A DNA stretch of 64,000 nt from NCBI GenBank assembly GCA_965200205.1, contig CBDAUI010000002.1, forward strand, positions 520,520-584,519, in the 5' to 3' direction. This document shows, one piece after another, positions 49,585-57,900 of the stretch. Position 1 is the first letter of the stretch. The number at the start of each line of letters is the position of its first letter. The notes under the pieces are model-generated. The model was not told where the DNA came from. It saw nothing but the letters and a program-made list of their open reading frames with translations, and ran no database searches. Both the position numbers and the translations under genes were made by a program. The DNA is from Candidatus Poribacteria bacterium. GTDB taxonomy: Bacteria; Poribacteria; WGA-4E; WGA-3G.

Positions 49585-51489
49585 ATGTATCTCGCCGATC
49601 TCTATCTCGAAAACACCGGTCCCATCTCAAAATGCCACGTTGAGATGCCTTTTGCTGACAACAGGGATCCTTTACCTGTCGTGATTGTCGGTCCCAACGG
49701 ATCTGGCAAAAGTATTTTTCTCTCTTACATTATTGATGCCCTGATAGAGTTCGGGAAGCAAGCTTTCAGAGACATTGTGCTTCCAGACAGCTTAGAGGCA
49801 CCATATTTCCGAGTAGTTTACCCAAGCGGAATAAGAAGCGGCGAGCCGTTTAGCTTAAGCCTCCTTCATTTCAGAGTTAATGATGATAACCTATATTACT
49901 GCGAGAAATCTGGGTTACTTGATCCAATGACCTATACTTCTAATTTGAAATCTTTATTTGCTCCTGTATGGAACTGGCCAATAGAGGGGAGCCACAAACA
50001 GGTATTAACTGGTAAAGAGCACGACTTTATAAGGGAGCAGTTTGAAACGGGCGAAATTGACGTGAACGCATCACCTATTGGAAAGATCATACAAACTGAA
50101 TTACAAGAGGGCGCGTACGCCTTTTTTCCTGCGAGCCGACATGAGGATCCTGTCTGGCTTAACCCGAGAATTTTAAAAGTTAATACGGCTGCTTCTGTGA
50201 ATCGCCGGTCTAATACCGATCTTGGTAAACCTCTTCAAGTGGAAACCTGTGCTGATGAAAATATTGGTTGGATATTAGATGTGTTGTTTGATGCATCAGT
50301 TGATTATGATATAATACGGAAACTTCAAGAAGAGGAAGTTCTAAGTGATGAGGAGATAACAAACTGGAACAACTTGCCTCCCCTTCAACAATCTCGACAT
50401 AATATTGAACAGATCTTGCAAGGGGTACTGCAAGATAAACGGGTTAAATTGATACGAAGACTTCGGAATAGTCGAGAACTGAGACTTGCTATACAGTTGA
50501 GTAATGGGCGGGTAATACCTAACTTACAGTCATTATCACAAGGACAATCACAGTTGTTCCACCTATTTACTACAATTATTAGATATGGTGAAGACACTGA
50601 TATCAACAAAAGTATTCGTCTTCGCGATATTACAGGTCTTGTTGTCATAGATGAAATTGATGTTCATCTACATCCGACACTCCAGCATAGTGTCGTTCCA
50701 AAACTCATAAAATTATTTCCCAAGGTCCAATTCATCATATCCTCTCACTCGCCACTGTTTTTACTCGGGATGGAAAAGGAGTTCGGAACAGACGGGCTTG
50801 ACATTCGAAAGTTACCGGATGGAGATAAAATAAATAGTGAAGAGTATCCTGAATTCAGAAGTACTTTTGAATATTACCAAGCAACAGGACGTTTTGAAGA
50901 AGAGATAAAACAACGTTTTGCGAATATGACGAAACCTGTAGTCCTGACAGAAGGCAAGACTGATGCAAAGTACATTCAAACAGCACTGGAACTGCTTGAG
51001 GAGCAAGAACTCTTGAATTCTTTGGAGATTAGACCTGTTGGTGATGAAGAAGACGATGGGGACCGGGGTGGAGGAGAGCCAGGATTGGATAAATTCCGAG
51101 ATTTTTATTCAGTGAAATCCTCCCTTTTTCATCAACCAATATTACTTCTTTATGATTGGGATACAAGAAAGAAACCAGACCAAATTGAGAAGCTTTGGAT
51201 AAGATCAATTCCAAAGAACGCTGACGACACCAAGGACAAGGAGGGAATCGAAAATCTTTTTCCTCAATACCTTTTCAAGACTTGTTTCTATTATGAGAAA
51301 ACTCATAAAGGGATTCACGGCAAATCTAAGGTAATTCCAGAGTTTAAGAAACTAGAATTTTGCAAATGGATTTGTGAAGATCGGAAAGATGCTGACGATT
51401 TTACCAACTTTGGCGTAATTGTAGAAATTCTCAAGGAGTTTGTTAAAACCCGCCAACCGCCTTCAGATCAACAGCCTTCTTCTGAATAG
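49585..51489 (+). CDS. ABC-type ATPase + TOPRIM fusion (OLD/PARIS/Gabija-like)
   Basis: GPNGSGKS, LSQGQ, VIDEIDVHLHP, SSHSP, then VLTEGKTD, YDWD, IENLF. Start ATG 49585 after AAAGGA. Confidence 0.85.
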   Translation: MYLADLYLENTGPISKCHVEMPFADNRDPLPVVIVGPNGSGKSIFLSYIIDALIEFGKQAFRDIVLPDSLEAPYFRVVYPSGIRSGEPFSLSLLHFRVNDDNLYYCEKSGLLDPMTYTSNLKSLFAPVWNWPIEGSHKQVLTGKEHDFIREQFETGEIDVNASPIGKIIQTELQEGAYAFFPASRHEDPVWLNPRILKVNTAASVNRRSNTDLGKPLQVETCADENIGWILDVLFDASVDYDIIRKLQEEEVLSDEEITNWNNLPPLQQSRHNIEQILQGVLQDKRVKLIRRLRNSRELRLAIQLSNGRVIPNLQSLSQGQSQLFHLFTTIIRYGEDTDINKSIRLRDITGLVVIDEIDVHLHPTLQHSVVPKLIKLFPKVQFIISSHSPLFLLGMEKEFGTDGLDIRKLPDGDKINSEEYPEFRSTFEYYQATGRFEEEIKQRFANMTKPVVLTEGKTDAKYIQTALELLEEQELLNSLEIRPVGDEEDDGDRGGGEPGLDKFRDFYSVKSSLFHQPILLLYDWDTRKKPDQIEKLWIRSIPKNADDTKDKEGIENLFPQYLFKTCFYYEKTHKGIHGKSKVIPEFKKLEFCKWICEDRKDADDFTNFGVIVEILKEFVKTRQPPSDQQPSSE

Positions 51490-51586
51490 CAGAACACCTA
51501 TTTTCTCATCGCAACATAAACCAAGAACCAATGCTTCTGTTAAGCGAATACCGGTAATATGTGGTTTTTCTACTATGAGCGAATAA

Positions 51587-51657
51587 GTTTGTAGTAGTGC
51601 GATTCATCGCACGTTCTAAAGGTGGACTAACGGGCAATAAATTGCCCTACTACGAAC
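51587..51657. repeat. GTAG-type double-hairpin (REPIN-like) element
   Basis: gtttgtagtag ... ctactacgaac arms enclose gtgcgat-tc-atcgcac and gggcaat-aa-attgccc. Confidence 0.7.
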
Positions 51658-51716
51658 TAATGGACTTGCAGTGTGAAAACTATGGTAGATTTTAGAATTA
51701 CCTATACACTATTGAT

Positions 51717-51768
51717 GTGCGGTTAGGGATTCAGATCGCATTTGGGCGAGTACACCGCAAAACCGCAC
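51717..51768. repeat. GTGCGGTT/AACCGCAC hairpin with the 32-bp micro-element (copy 2, 51729-51760) in its loop
   Basis: gtgcggtt-aggg-[attcagatcgcatttgggcgagtacaccgcaa]-aaccgcac. Confidence 0.8.
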
Positions 51769-51948
51769 CATAAGTATCAATTTAAGATAAAGGTCTTGGA
51801 GGCGGGTTTTGTCCAACCGATTTAAAGCAGCAAATCGGGGTTGAAAACCCCTCCCACAAGAGACACACTTCCATTATTGATGTGCTTTTTCCATGTTTCC
51901 GTGTAAAATCCGGTGCGGTTGTAAATCGCCCTACCGAGCGTGGGCCTG

Positions 51949-52049
51949 CGGATGTGCATGAGGGACTTGCGTTGCTTCGGAAAATGCTATCCCAAGAATC
52001 GAGTATTCACGGTGGGAAGAAGTCTAAGGTTAAGTTGGATGCGGAATAA
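51949..52049 (+). pseudogene. Remnant of the RM gene 3' end (copy 2)
   Basis: Encodes DVHEGLALLRKMLSQESSIHGGKKSKVKLDAE*, matching 49073-49170. Confidence 0.9.
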
Positions 52050-52208
52050 TTCTGTCGATACGGGATGTTTGGGCACAGCAGATCTATCACAAACTAAAGC
52101 CTTTTGGTCTTTTATCGTGAAAATTTTACTATCCTTTTTATTTCTTACAGAGTCTATATGCATAAGTAACCGATTTGATGTTTACCTTATGCAAAGGAGA
52201 TAAAAAAA

Positions 52209-52829
52209 ATGAATCAGTCAGGCTTGTCTTTAGAAGACAGTATAACCTTAGACAGGTTAGGTCAATACTTAAAAGCATCAGAGGCACTCGCGAAGTCCGC
52301 CTTGTCGAAACAATATTGTAAGGCAGGCAGAGAATGTTTGAACCAAGCCCTAAAAAACGGGTTGAAGAAGGCCATAGATGGGTTAGAATCTGCTGTGGAA
52401 AATGCAGAGGCTTATATTAAGTTAACAGAGGATTACCTAGGTTCAGGTGTAGTAAAAGAATATCTAGACGCGGCCGTACCTCTTATAGACTCAGATGAGT
52501 GGGAGGACAGGAACAAACCCTTTCTTGAATATTGTCTAGACTTTTCAGAAGAAGCACTTGAGGCACGTCTCACCCTACATAGTACACTTAAAAATGGCTT
52601 GGAGATAGAAAAAATTAAGCGATCTATCCATGAAGTAAAAGCTTTTTTAGGGTCCGAGGATGTGAAAAATTTGAAGCAATTTATAGAAAATTATAGTCCC
52701 ACACAACCCAAACTAACGCGCGATGAAATGATCCAGTGGGGCGAACGTCTTTACGAATGGGGAGTTAGGATTGAGGAAATTTGGCAACGACTATCCGAAT
52801 TTATAGACTTATTCTCCGGGTTGCAGTAA
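52209..52829 (+). CDS. Hypothetical all-alpha protein
   Basis: RBS AAGGAG, 206-aa ORF, no recognisable motif. Confidence 0.7.
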   Translation: MNQSGLSLEDSITLDRLGQYLKASEALAKSALSKQYCKAGRECLNQALKNGLKKAIDGLESAVENAEAYIKLTEDYLGSGVVKEYLDAAVPLIDSDEWEDRNKPFLEYCLDFSEEALEARLTLHSTLKNGLEIEKIKRSIHEVKAFLGSEDVKNLKQFIENYSPTQPKLTRDEMIQWGERLYEWGVRIEEIWQRLSEFIDLFSGLQ

Positions 52830-52889
52830 CCTTTTGAGTATAAAAGTGTAGGGGAGTCGAGCTTAAAAAAATCCCCAGGGCTATTTAGT

Positions 52890-53012
52890 TAAGACTTAGG
52901 CAGGTTGCTCTTTTGTACCATAGGCTGTTAGCCTGTGGGCCGAGAACGTCTCTGTTTTTTGAGAGTTTACCCACTAACAGAGCGTCATATCGTCAAAATT
53001 GCGTAAGTCCTG
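52890..53012. mobile_element. MITE-like element (copy D)
   Basis: taagacttaggca ... tgcgtaagtcctg, internal hairpin ataggct-gtt-agcctgt. Confidence 0.5.
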
Positions 53013-53129
53013 ACTTCTGTAGGTGATGCGTAGAACACGAATGTTATCCTTATAGCTATTGATACAACATAACACTTAGAAATAATATTAGGAGCCGTTG
53101 GGTACAGGGTCTGGTGCTTCACTCAAAGG

Positions 53130-53489
53130 TTAAGAATTCGACAGAGACCTCATGCGGATACGGTTTTCGTCAACAACGGAAAAATGGTTCACCCAATCTC
53201 TTTGACTTTCCAGAGCCCGAACTATACTTTGTGCAATTCCTAACGGTGAGTCTGGCGGAAGTCGAAATAGAATTATCCCGAAAGGGGCGTCAAGCCCTAA
53301 CCGGAAAACTAATTCCCCAAAATCAGTGTCAAATGTGATGAGGGTCCGCTTCTGGATTGTAGCAAGAGAAAGTACCTCTCGGTCTCTGATGCCGGGTGCC
53401 ACTTCTCCTACCCAGATAGCGTCGTGTCCGCGAGAACAAATAAATTCCACAACTAAACGCGGGATATTTTCATCTGCTAATAGACGCAT
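53130..53489 (-). CDS. DUF5615-family PIN-like toxin
   Basis: MRLLADEN.P, G.D, D.EVL..A....R.LITFD.DFG. Confidence 0.88.
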   Translation of the reverse strand: MRLLADENIPRLVVEFICSRGHDAIWVGEVAPGIRDREVLSLATIQKRTLITFDTDFGELVFRLGLDAPFGIILFRLPPDSPLGIAQSIVRALESQRDWVNHFSVVDENRIRMRSLSNS

Positions 53490-53745
53490 CGGTTAATTTC
53501 AGTGGATGTTGATAGTCTTTTTGCGTCCGTAATACCGCGCTCGCGTACGCAAGACAGGCGTGAATATCCGCTTGCACGATGTGGGGATAATTCTCAAGAA
53601 TCTCTGCCTCAGTCCAACCGTGTCCGAGTAAACCGACGATGAATTCAACGGCTAATCGTGTGCCTTTTATCACAGGTTTTCCTGTGAGGATATTCTTGTC
53701 ACAGATGATCCGTTCTGCTAATGTTCGAGGGAGCTGACCTTGCAT
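53470..53745 (-). CDS. DUF433-family antitoxin
   Basis: GKPVIKGTRL.V, EIL..YP, DI.ACL.YA. Overlaps the toxin gene. Confidence 0.9.
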   Translation of the reverse strand: MQGQLPRTLAERIICDKNILTGKPVIKGTRLAVEFIVGLLGHGWTEAEILENYPHIVQADIHACLAYASAVLRTQKDYQHPLKLTDASISR

Positions 53746-53824
53746 AATGTTTTCCGCCTTCCGTGCTATCAGTAATAAGTGTTTGCTGCCTCCGCTCCAC
53801 TTCTCCTGCTCAATAGATATTTCT

Positions 53825-53854
53825 ATTCTACTACATTTCCCTTATGACTGTCAA
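53825..53854 (-). promoter_or_regulatory. Putative sigma-70 promoter for the toxin-antitoxin pair
   Basis: Minus strand TTGACA, 18 nt, TAGAAT. Confidence 0.4.
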
Positions 53855-53870
53855 ATAAAAGTGAAGGGTC

Positions 53871-54176
53871 ATGAGTAGGGCCACCTTTAACGCGATGCCT
53901 ACGCTGGATGTTCGTCAACTCTCTACTGAAGCATTAGCAAACGCAGATCAAATTTTCAACACACTGAAATGTGAGGATATGCTACCGTTTAATCAGATGG
54001 ACGCGGATCCGACGCGTCACGAACTGGATCGGCTACTGTTATCTGAGGTCTTGGGTATCACGGAATCGGGGTGTCCGGATGTGCATGAAGGACTTGCGTT
54101 GCTTCGGAAGATGCTATCCCAAGAGCCGAGTATTCACGGTGGGAAGAAGTCAAGGGTTAAGTTGGATGCTTCTTAG
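53871..54176 (+). pseudogene. Remnant of the RM gene 3' end (copy 3, 101 codons, frame intact)
   Basis: 70/93 aa identical by manual alignment to the C-terminus encoded at 48868-49146. Confidence 0.9.
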
Positions 54177-54330
54177 TTTTGTAAAAAATACTGGATTTCT
54201 GGTTATGTCTATGTTATACTAAAAGCGTGAGGTTACCCCGAATAGACAATCCCTTTGTGTTTTCTACTAACCCAGAAAATTTGCTCGGTTTGGAAGATCT
54301 GTAGCACGAATGAAATTGATGTAGGAATTC

Positions 54331-54960
54331 ATGCAATCAATCCATTATAACGACAATGTGTTTATCAATTGTCCATTTGATTCAGTTTACAAACCGTTGT
54401 TTGACGCAATGGTATTCACAATACACGATTGCGGTTTTATCCCGCGTTGTGCGCTTGAAGAAGAAGACGCGAGCCAAGTTCGGATAGATAAAATTTATAG
54501 CATTATTGCAGATTGCCGTTATGGAATTCACGACATATCCAGAACGGAATTAGATGAAGGTTCGGGACTTCCTCGGTTTAATATGCCGCTGGAATTGGGT
54601 GTTTTCCTCGGAGCCAAGAAATTTGGTATAAAGGAACAAGAAAGAAAAAAGTGCCTGATACTGGATACTGAGCCGTATAGGTATCAACAATTTATTTCTG
54701 ATATTGCTGGGCAAGATATTCAGGCACATAACGATAGTTCCAGAGAAGTTATAACACACGTCCGGAATTGGCTGCGTAATGCCTCAAGACGTGAGACAAT
54801 TCCGGGCGGAAGCATCATTTGGAGACGTTACCGGGATTTTAGAAGGGATTTGCCCCAAACAGCGCGAGAGTATCAGTTAACAGTTGAAGACTTGATTTTT
54901 AATGATTATACTTTGATGGTTACGCGATGGTTGGGAACTAAGGCAAACCACTTATCGTAA
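54331..54960 (+). CDS. Hypothetical protein, probable TIR-like / nucleoside 2-deoxyribosyltransferase-like fold
   Basis: VFINCPFD, KI...I..C.YGIHDISR, PRFNMPLELG (resembles the N...ELG motif), SDIAG.D. Confidence 0.6.
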   Translation: MQSIHYNDNVFINCPFDSVYKPLFDAMVFTIHDCGFIPRCALEEEDASQVRIDKIYSIIADCRYGIHDISRTELDEGSGLPRFNMPLELGVFLGAKKFGIKEQERKKCLILDTEPYRYQQFISDIAGQDIQAHNDSSREVITHVRNWLRNASRRETIPGGSIIWRRYRDFRRDLPQTAREYQLTVEDLIFNDYTLMVTRWLGTKANHLS

Positions 54961-54983
54961 CATGTTTGACGGAGGGACTTAAA

Positions 54984-56771
54984 ATGGCAAGGGAAAGAAT
55001 TATCAAAGATACGCCGAAACGAGGAAAACTCACCAAAAGCCAAGTTAAACGCGCAGTAGAAAAGGTTGTACTCGGTAAGCCTAGTGATGGAGAGACAAAT
55101 TCTTCTGCACAATACTACAAAACACTATTGCGGTTAGGGGTCCCTGGTGTGGAACTTCAAAATCCGGATATGTTAAAAGCATTTGTTGAAACTGGCTTAC
55201 TACCCCCTGATGTACCATTGGACAATTATTCCCTAGAGCTCCGACTTTGGGTGCCCTGGCCAGCAGACAGAAAGGATTTTTCGCTTTATAAGATTAACCC
55301 AGAAACTGGGCGGGCCTATGCTGGTGCCTCAGACCTCATGATGGAGGCACGCCACACTGACAGTCACTTCCATCCTCAACTCCCTGACAGCGTTTGGGAA
55401 AACGCCCCGCGCGTTCACTGGAAGACGTTCTCCGAAGATGTTGAGGATCTTATCAAAATTATTATCCGGACGCAACACCTGCGACAACGTGCCTTGCCAC
55501 TCCTGCCCATGGGAGATTCCCGTTGGATTAGTTACTTCAACGAATTTTCAGAATACTTTGAATTTCAAAAACAAAAATTCACGACGCTAGATCCCCAGCG
55601 TGTCCTTATAGTCTGTATTGGAGGTTTTTCTTCACCTACAGAGGAACTTATGCGATGTTTGCACAAGAATCTTGATCGGAATTCAAATATCACTGAGATA
55701 ACAATGGTTATTGAGGATTGTGTTGATTTTGAAGAGGCGGAACTTGGAGAATTGATTGCCAACTCTCTTACCCCTATCAAGCTAGATGTTAACATCGCTT
55801 CTTTGGATGTGATTGCGGAAATACTTGAGCATCACCGCGCTCGCGGCAAAAGTTTATCTCTAATATTGCCGAAAAAGAATAAAGTTGATATGTTGAAGAA
55901 TTTTCGCAGCACCTATATTGACTATCTCGCCCACTTAAAAAATGGTGATCGTGAATTGCGGGCAGATGTACTTGGTACCATTCAGCGGGACTGTGACGCT
56001 CGCATTGAAAGATGGGATCGGTTTCTTCACATTGGCGTTGCGTTCTCCTTTTCCGAATCTGATTTGGAGAGGTTCATTAACATTGATAGAAACCTGCTTG
56101 ATGCTATAGATGTTGATGAAAGTATAGAGGAAGCCGTATCTAATGCAATCAAGGTTTTGGAAGAAATGCTCGGTTGGGAAAGCCATCAAAAACGCTCCAG
56201 TCAAGAAGGAAACCCTTCTCAAAATCCCGCAGTGAAAACAATCCTTCGATCATTAGATTTGAAAGAAGTTGCCGATCAATTCATGAGGGAGTATGAGTCT
56301 TTTGATAATTCGGATGAGGCGAGGCAATTTCAAATGTCGGTGCAGTCCCTTGAGGATGCACTAAATGCGCAAAAAAGCAGTCAGCAGATTAGAATTTTAT
56401 CTAAGCGGTGTCGCGTTAGTTTTCAGGATTTCGTGGATGCCGAAAAATGGAAAAAACCTCTGAAAATTCTTGAAGCGTTTTTGCAATTAGATGGCGCAGA
56501 GGAATTCATTCAAAAATGTGGTGTCCCCAAAGTGGATGGAAGCATAAACTCCCTCCAACTCGAAATAGAGGAATTCAAAACCTTAGTTGAGCTCCTTGAG
56601 GAATATAGCGAACTTAAATCGGCCGGTTTAGAAGCGAACAGACAACAAATCAAACAATGGGAAACCAAATTCAAATCGTATGTATTGGAGTTACTTGCTG
56701 ATCCTCAATCTCAGAAAATCATTCAATTTCTTACAGAGGAATTTCTTGAGCATATTAAGAATGCATTTTGA
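54984..56771 (+). CDS. Large hypothetical protein with a helical C-terminal half
   Basis: 595-aa ORF, ATG 54984 after GGAGG, no recognisable family. Confidence 0.7.
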   Translation: MARERIIKDTPKRGKLTKSQVKRAVEKVVLGKPSDGETNSSAQYYKTLLRLGVPGVELQNPDMLKAFVETGLLPPDVPLDNYSLELRLWVPWPADRKDFSLYKINPETGRAYAGASDLMMEARHTDSHFHPQLPDSVWENAPRVHWKTFSEDVEDLIKIIIRTQHLRQRALPLLPMGDSRWISYFNEFSEYFEFQKQKFTTLDPQRVLIVCIGGFSSPTEELMRCLHKNLDRNSNITEITMVIEDCVDFEEAELGELIANSLTPIKLDVNIASLDVIAEILEHHRARGKSLSLILPKKNKVDMLKNFRSTYIDYLAHLKNGDRELRADVLGTIQRDCDARIERWDRFLHIGVAFSFSESDLERFINIDRNLLDAIDVDESIEEAVSNAIKVLEEMLGWESHQKRSSQEGNPSQNPAVKTILRSLDLKEVADQFMREYESFDNSDEARQFQMSVQSLEDALNAQKSSQQIRILSKRCRVSFQDFVDAEKWKKPLKILEAFLQLDGAEEFIQKCGVPKVDGSINSLQLEIEEFKTLVELLEEYSELKSAGLEANRQQIKQWETKFKSYVLELLADPQSQKIIQFLTEEFLEHIKNAF

Positions 56772-56796
56772 GGAACTTCTGATTACGAGGAAACTG

Positions 56797-57840
56797 ATGA
56801 ATATTGATGCCTTAGACACACCAACGCTCGTCGCGGATCTCGATGTACTTGAACGGAATATCGACGGCATGGCAACGCACTGCCATCAACTCGGTATCCC
56901 GCTGCGCGTCCATACCAAAACGCATAAAGTACCAGAAATCGCGAAACTGCAAATCGCTGCCGGTTCGCGAGGTATTACCTGCCAGAAGTTAGGCGAAGCA
57001 GAAGTGATGGTAGATGCCGGAATCGACGACATCCTGATTCCGTATAATATCGTCGGGAAACCGAAACTGAAACGGTTGACTGCCCTCGTCCAACGCGCCC
57101 GCATTACCGTCGCACTCGATTCAGAAGAGACCGCAACTGGCATCTCTCAACAAGCGATTGCTGATGGCTGTGTTGCGCCTGTTATCGTGGAACTCGATAC
57201 CGGAAGTGGACGCTGTGGCGTGCAATCACCGCGAGCAGCACAACGCCTTGCACAACAGATTATGAAAATGCAAGGCATCGACTTCCAAGGTATCATGACG
57301 TATCCGAGCAACGTGCGCGCGAAGCCGTTTATCGAAGAGACGCTTGACCGTCTTTCAAGCGACGGGATTCCTGTGAACATCATCAGTGGTGGCGGCACCG
57401 GTTCGGAAGCAGCATCAAAAGAGATCGGCTGCACAGAAACCCGAAGCGGTTCTTATGCCTATGAGGGCATAACTCGTATCGGCGGCTCGGAGATGCTAAC
57501 ACCTGAACGGTGTGTCTTGCGAGTTATCGTAACTGTTGTCAGCACGCCAACGCCTGACCGGATTATCATTGATGGCGGTCAAAAGACGTTTGCCAGCTAC
57601 CCGCCAACGCCTTATGGACATATCGTTGAACACCCGGACGCTAAGATTTATGGCATGTCCGTTGAACATGGACACGTCAATGTCAGTGAATGTTCACACC
57701 AATTTAAGGTGGGTGAGCAGCTCTCGGTTATCCCGCTACATCAAGGAATGACGAGCAATCTTCACGACATACTGGTAGGCGTTCGCGGCGATAAAGTCGA
57801 GGTGATTTGGGAAATCGCAGGTAGAGGGAAAGTCTTTTAA
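56797..57840 (+). CDS. D-threonine aldolase / DSD1-family PLP enzyme (alanine racemase fold)
   Basis: LDTP, RVHTKTHK, QKLGEAE, G..RCG, SGGGT, D.G.K, EHG. Confidence 0.9.
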   Translation: MNIDALDTPTLVADLDVLERNIDGMATHCHQLGIPLRVHTKTHKVPEIAKLQIAAGSRGITCQKLGEAEVMVDAGIDDILIPYNIVGKPKLKRLTALVQRARITVALDSEETATGISQQAIADGCVAPVIVELDTGSGRCGVQSPRAAQRLAQQIMKMQGIDFQGIMTYPSNVRAKPFIEETLDRLSSDGIPVNIISGGGTGSEAASKEIGCTETRSGSYAYEGITRIGGSEMLTPERCVLRVIVTVVSTPTPDRIIIDGGQKTFASYPPTPYGHIVEHPDAKIYGMSVEHGHVNVSECSHQFKVGEQLSVIPLHQGMTSNLHDILVGVRGDKVEVIWEIAGRGKVF

Positions 57841-57900
57841 TATCCATAGATTTTCCTTGTTGTTTATTCATATTGTTTTTATGTCTCAAGGAGGAAAACC

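Noticed and set aside
49585-52050. Retron system (ATPase/TOPRIM effector plus structured non-coding region)
   Set aside because: No reverse transcriptase in the window, and several of the hairpins have relatives elsewhere in the window, so they behave like dispersed repeats.
48868-54176. Shufflon or diversity-generating retroelement explanation for the RM tail copies
   Set aside because: The copies are direct rather than inverted, no invertase or RT is present, and the differences are not adenine-specific.
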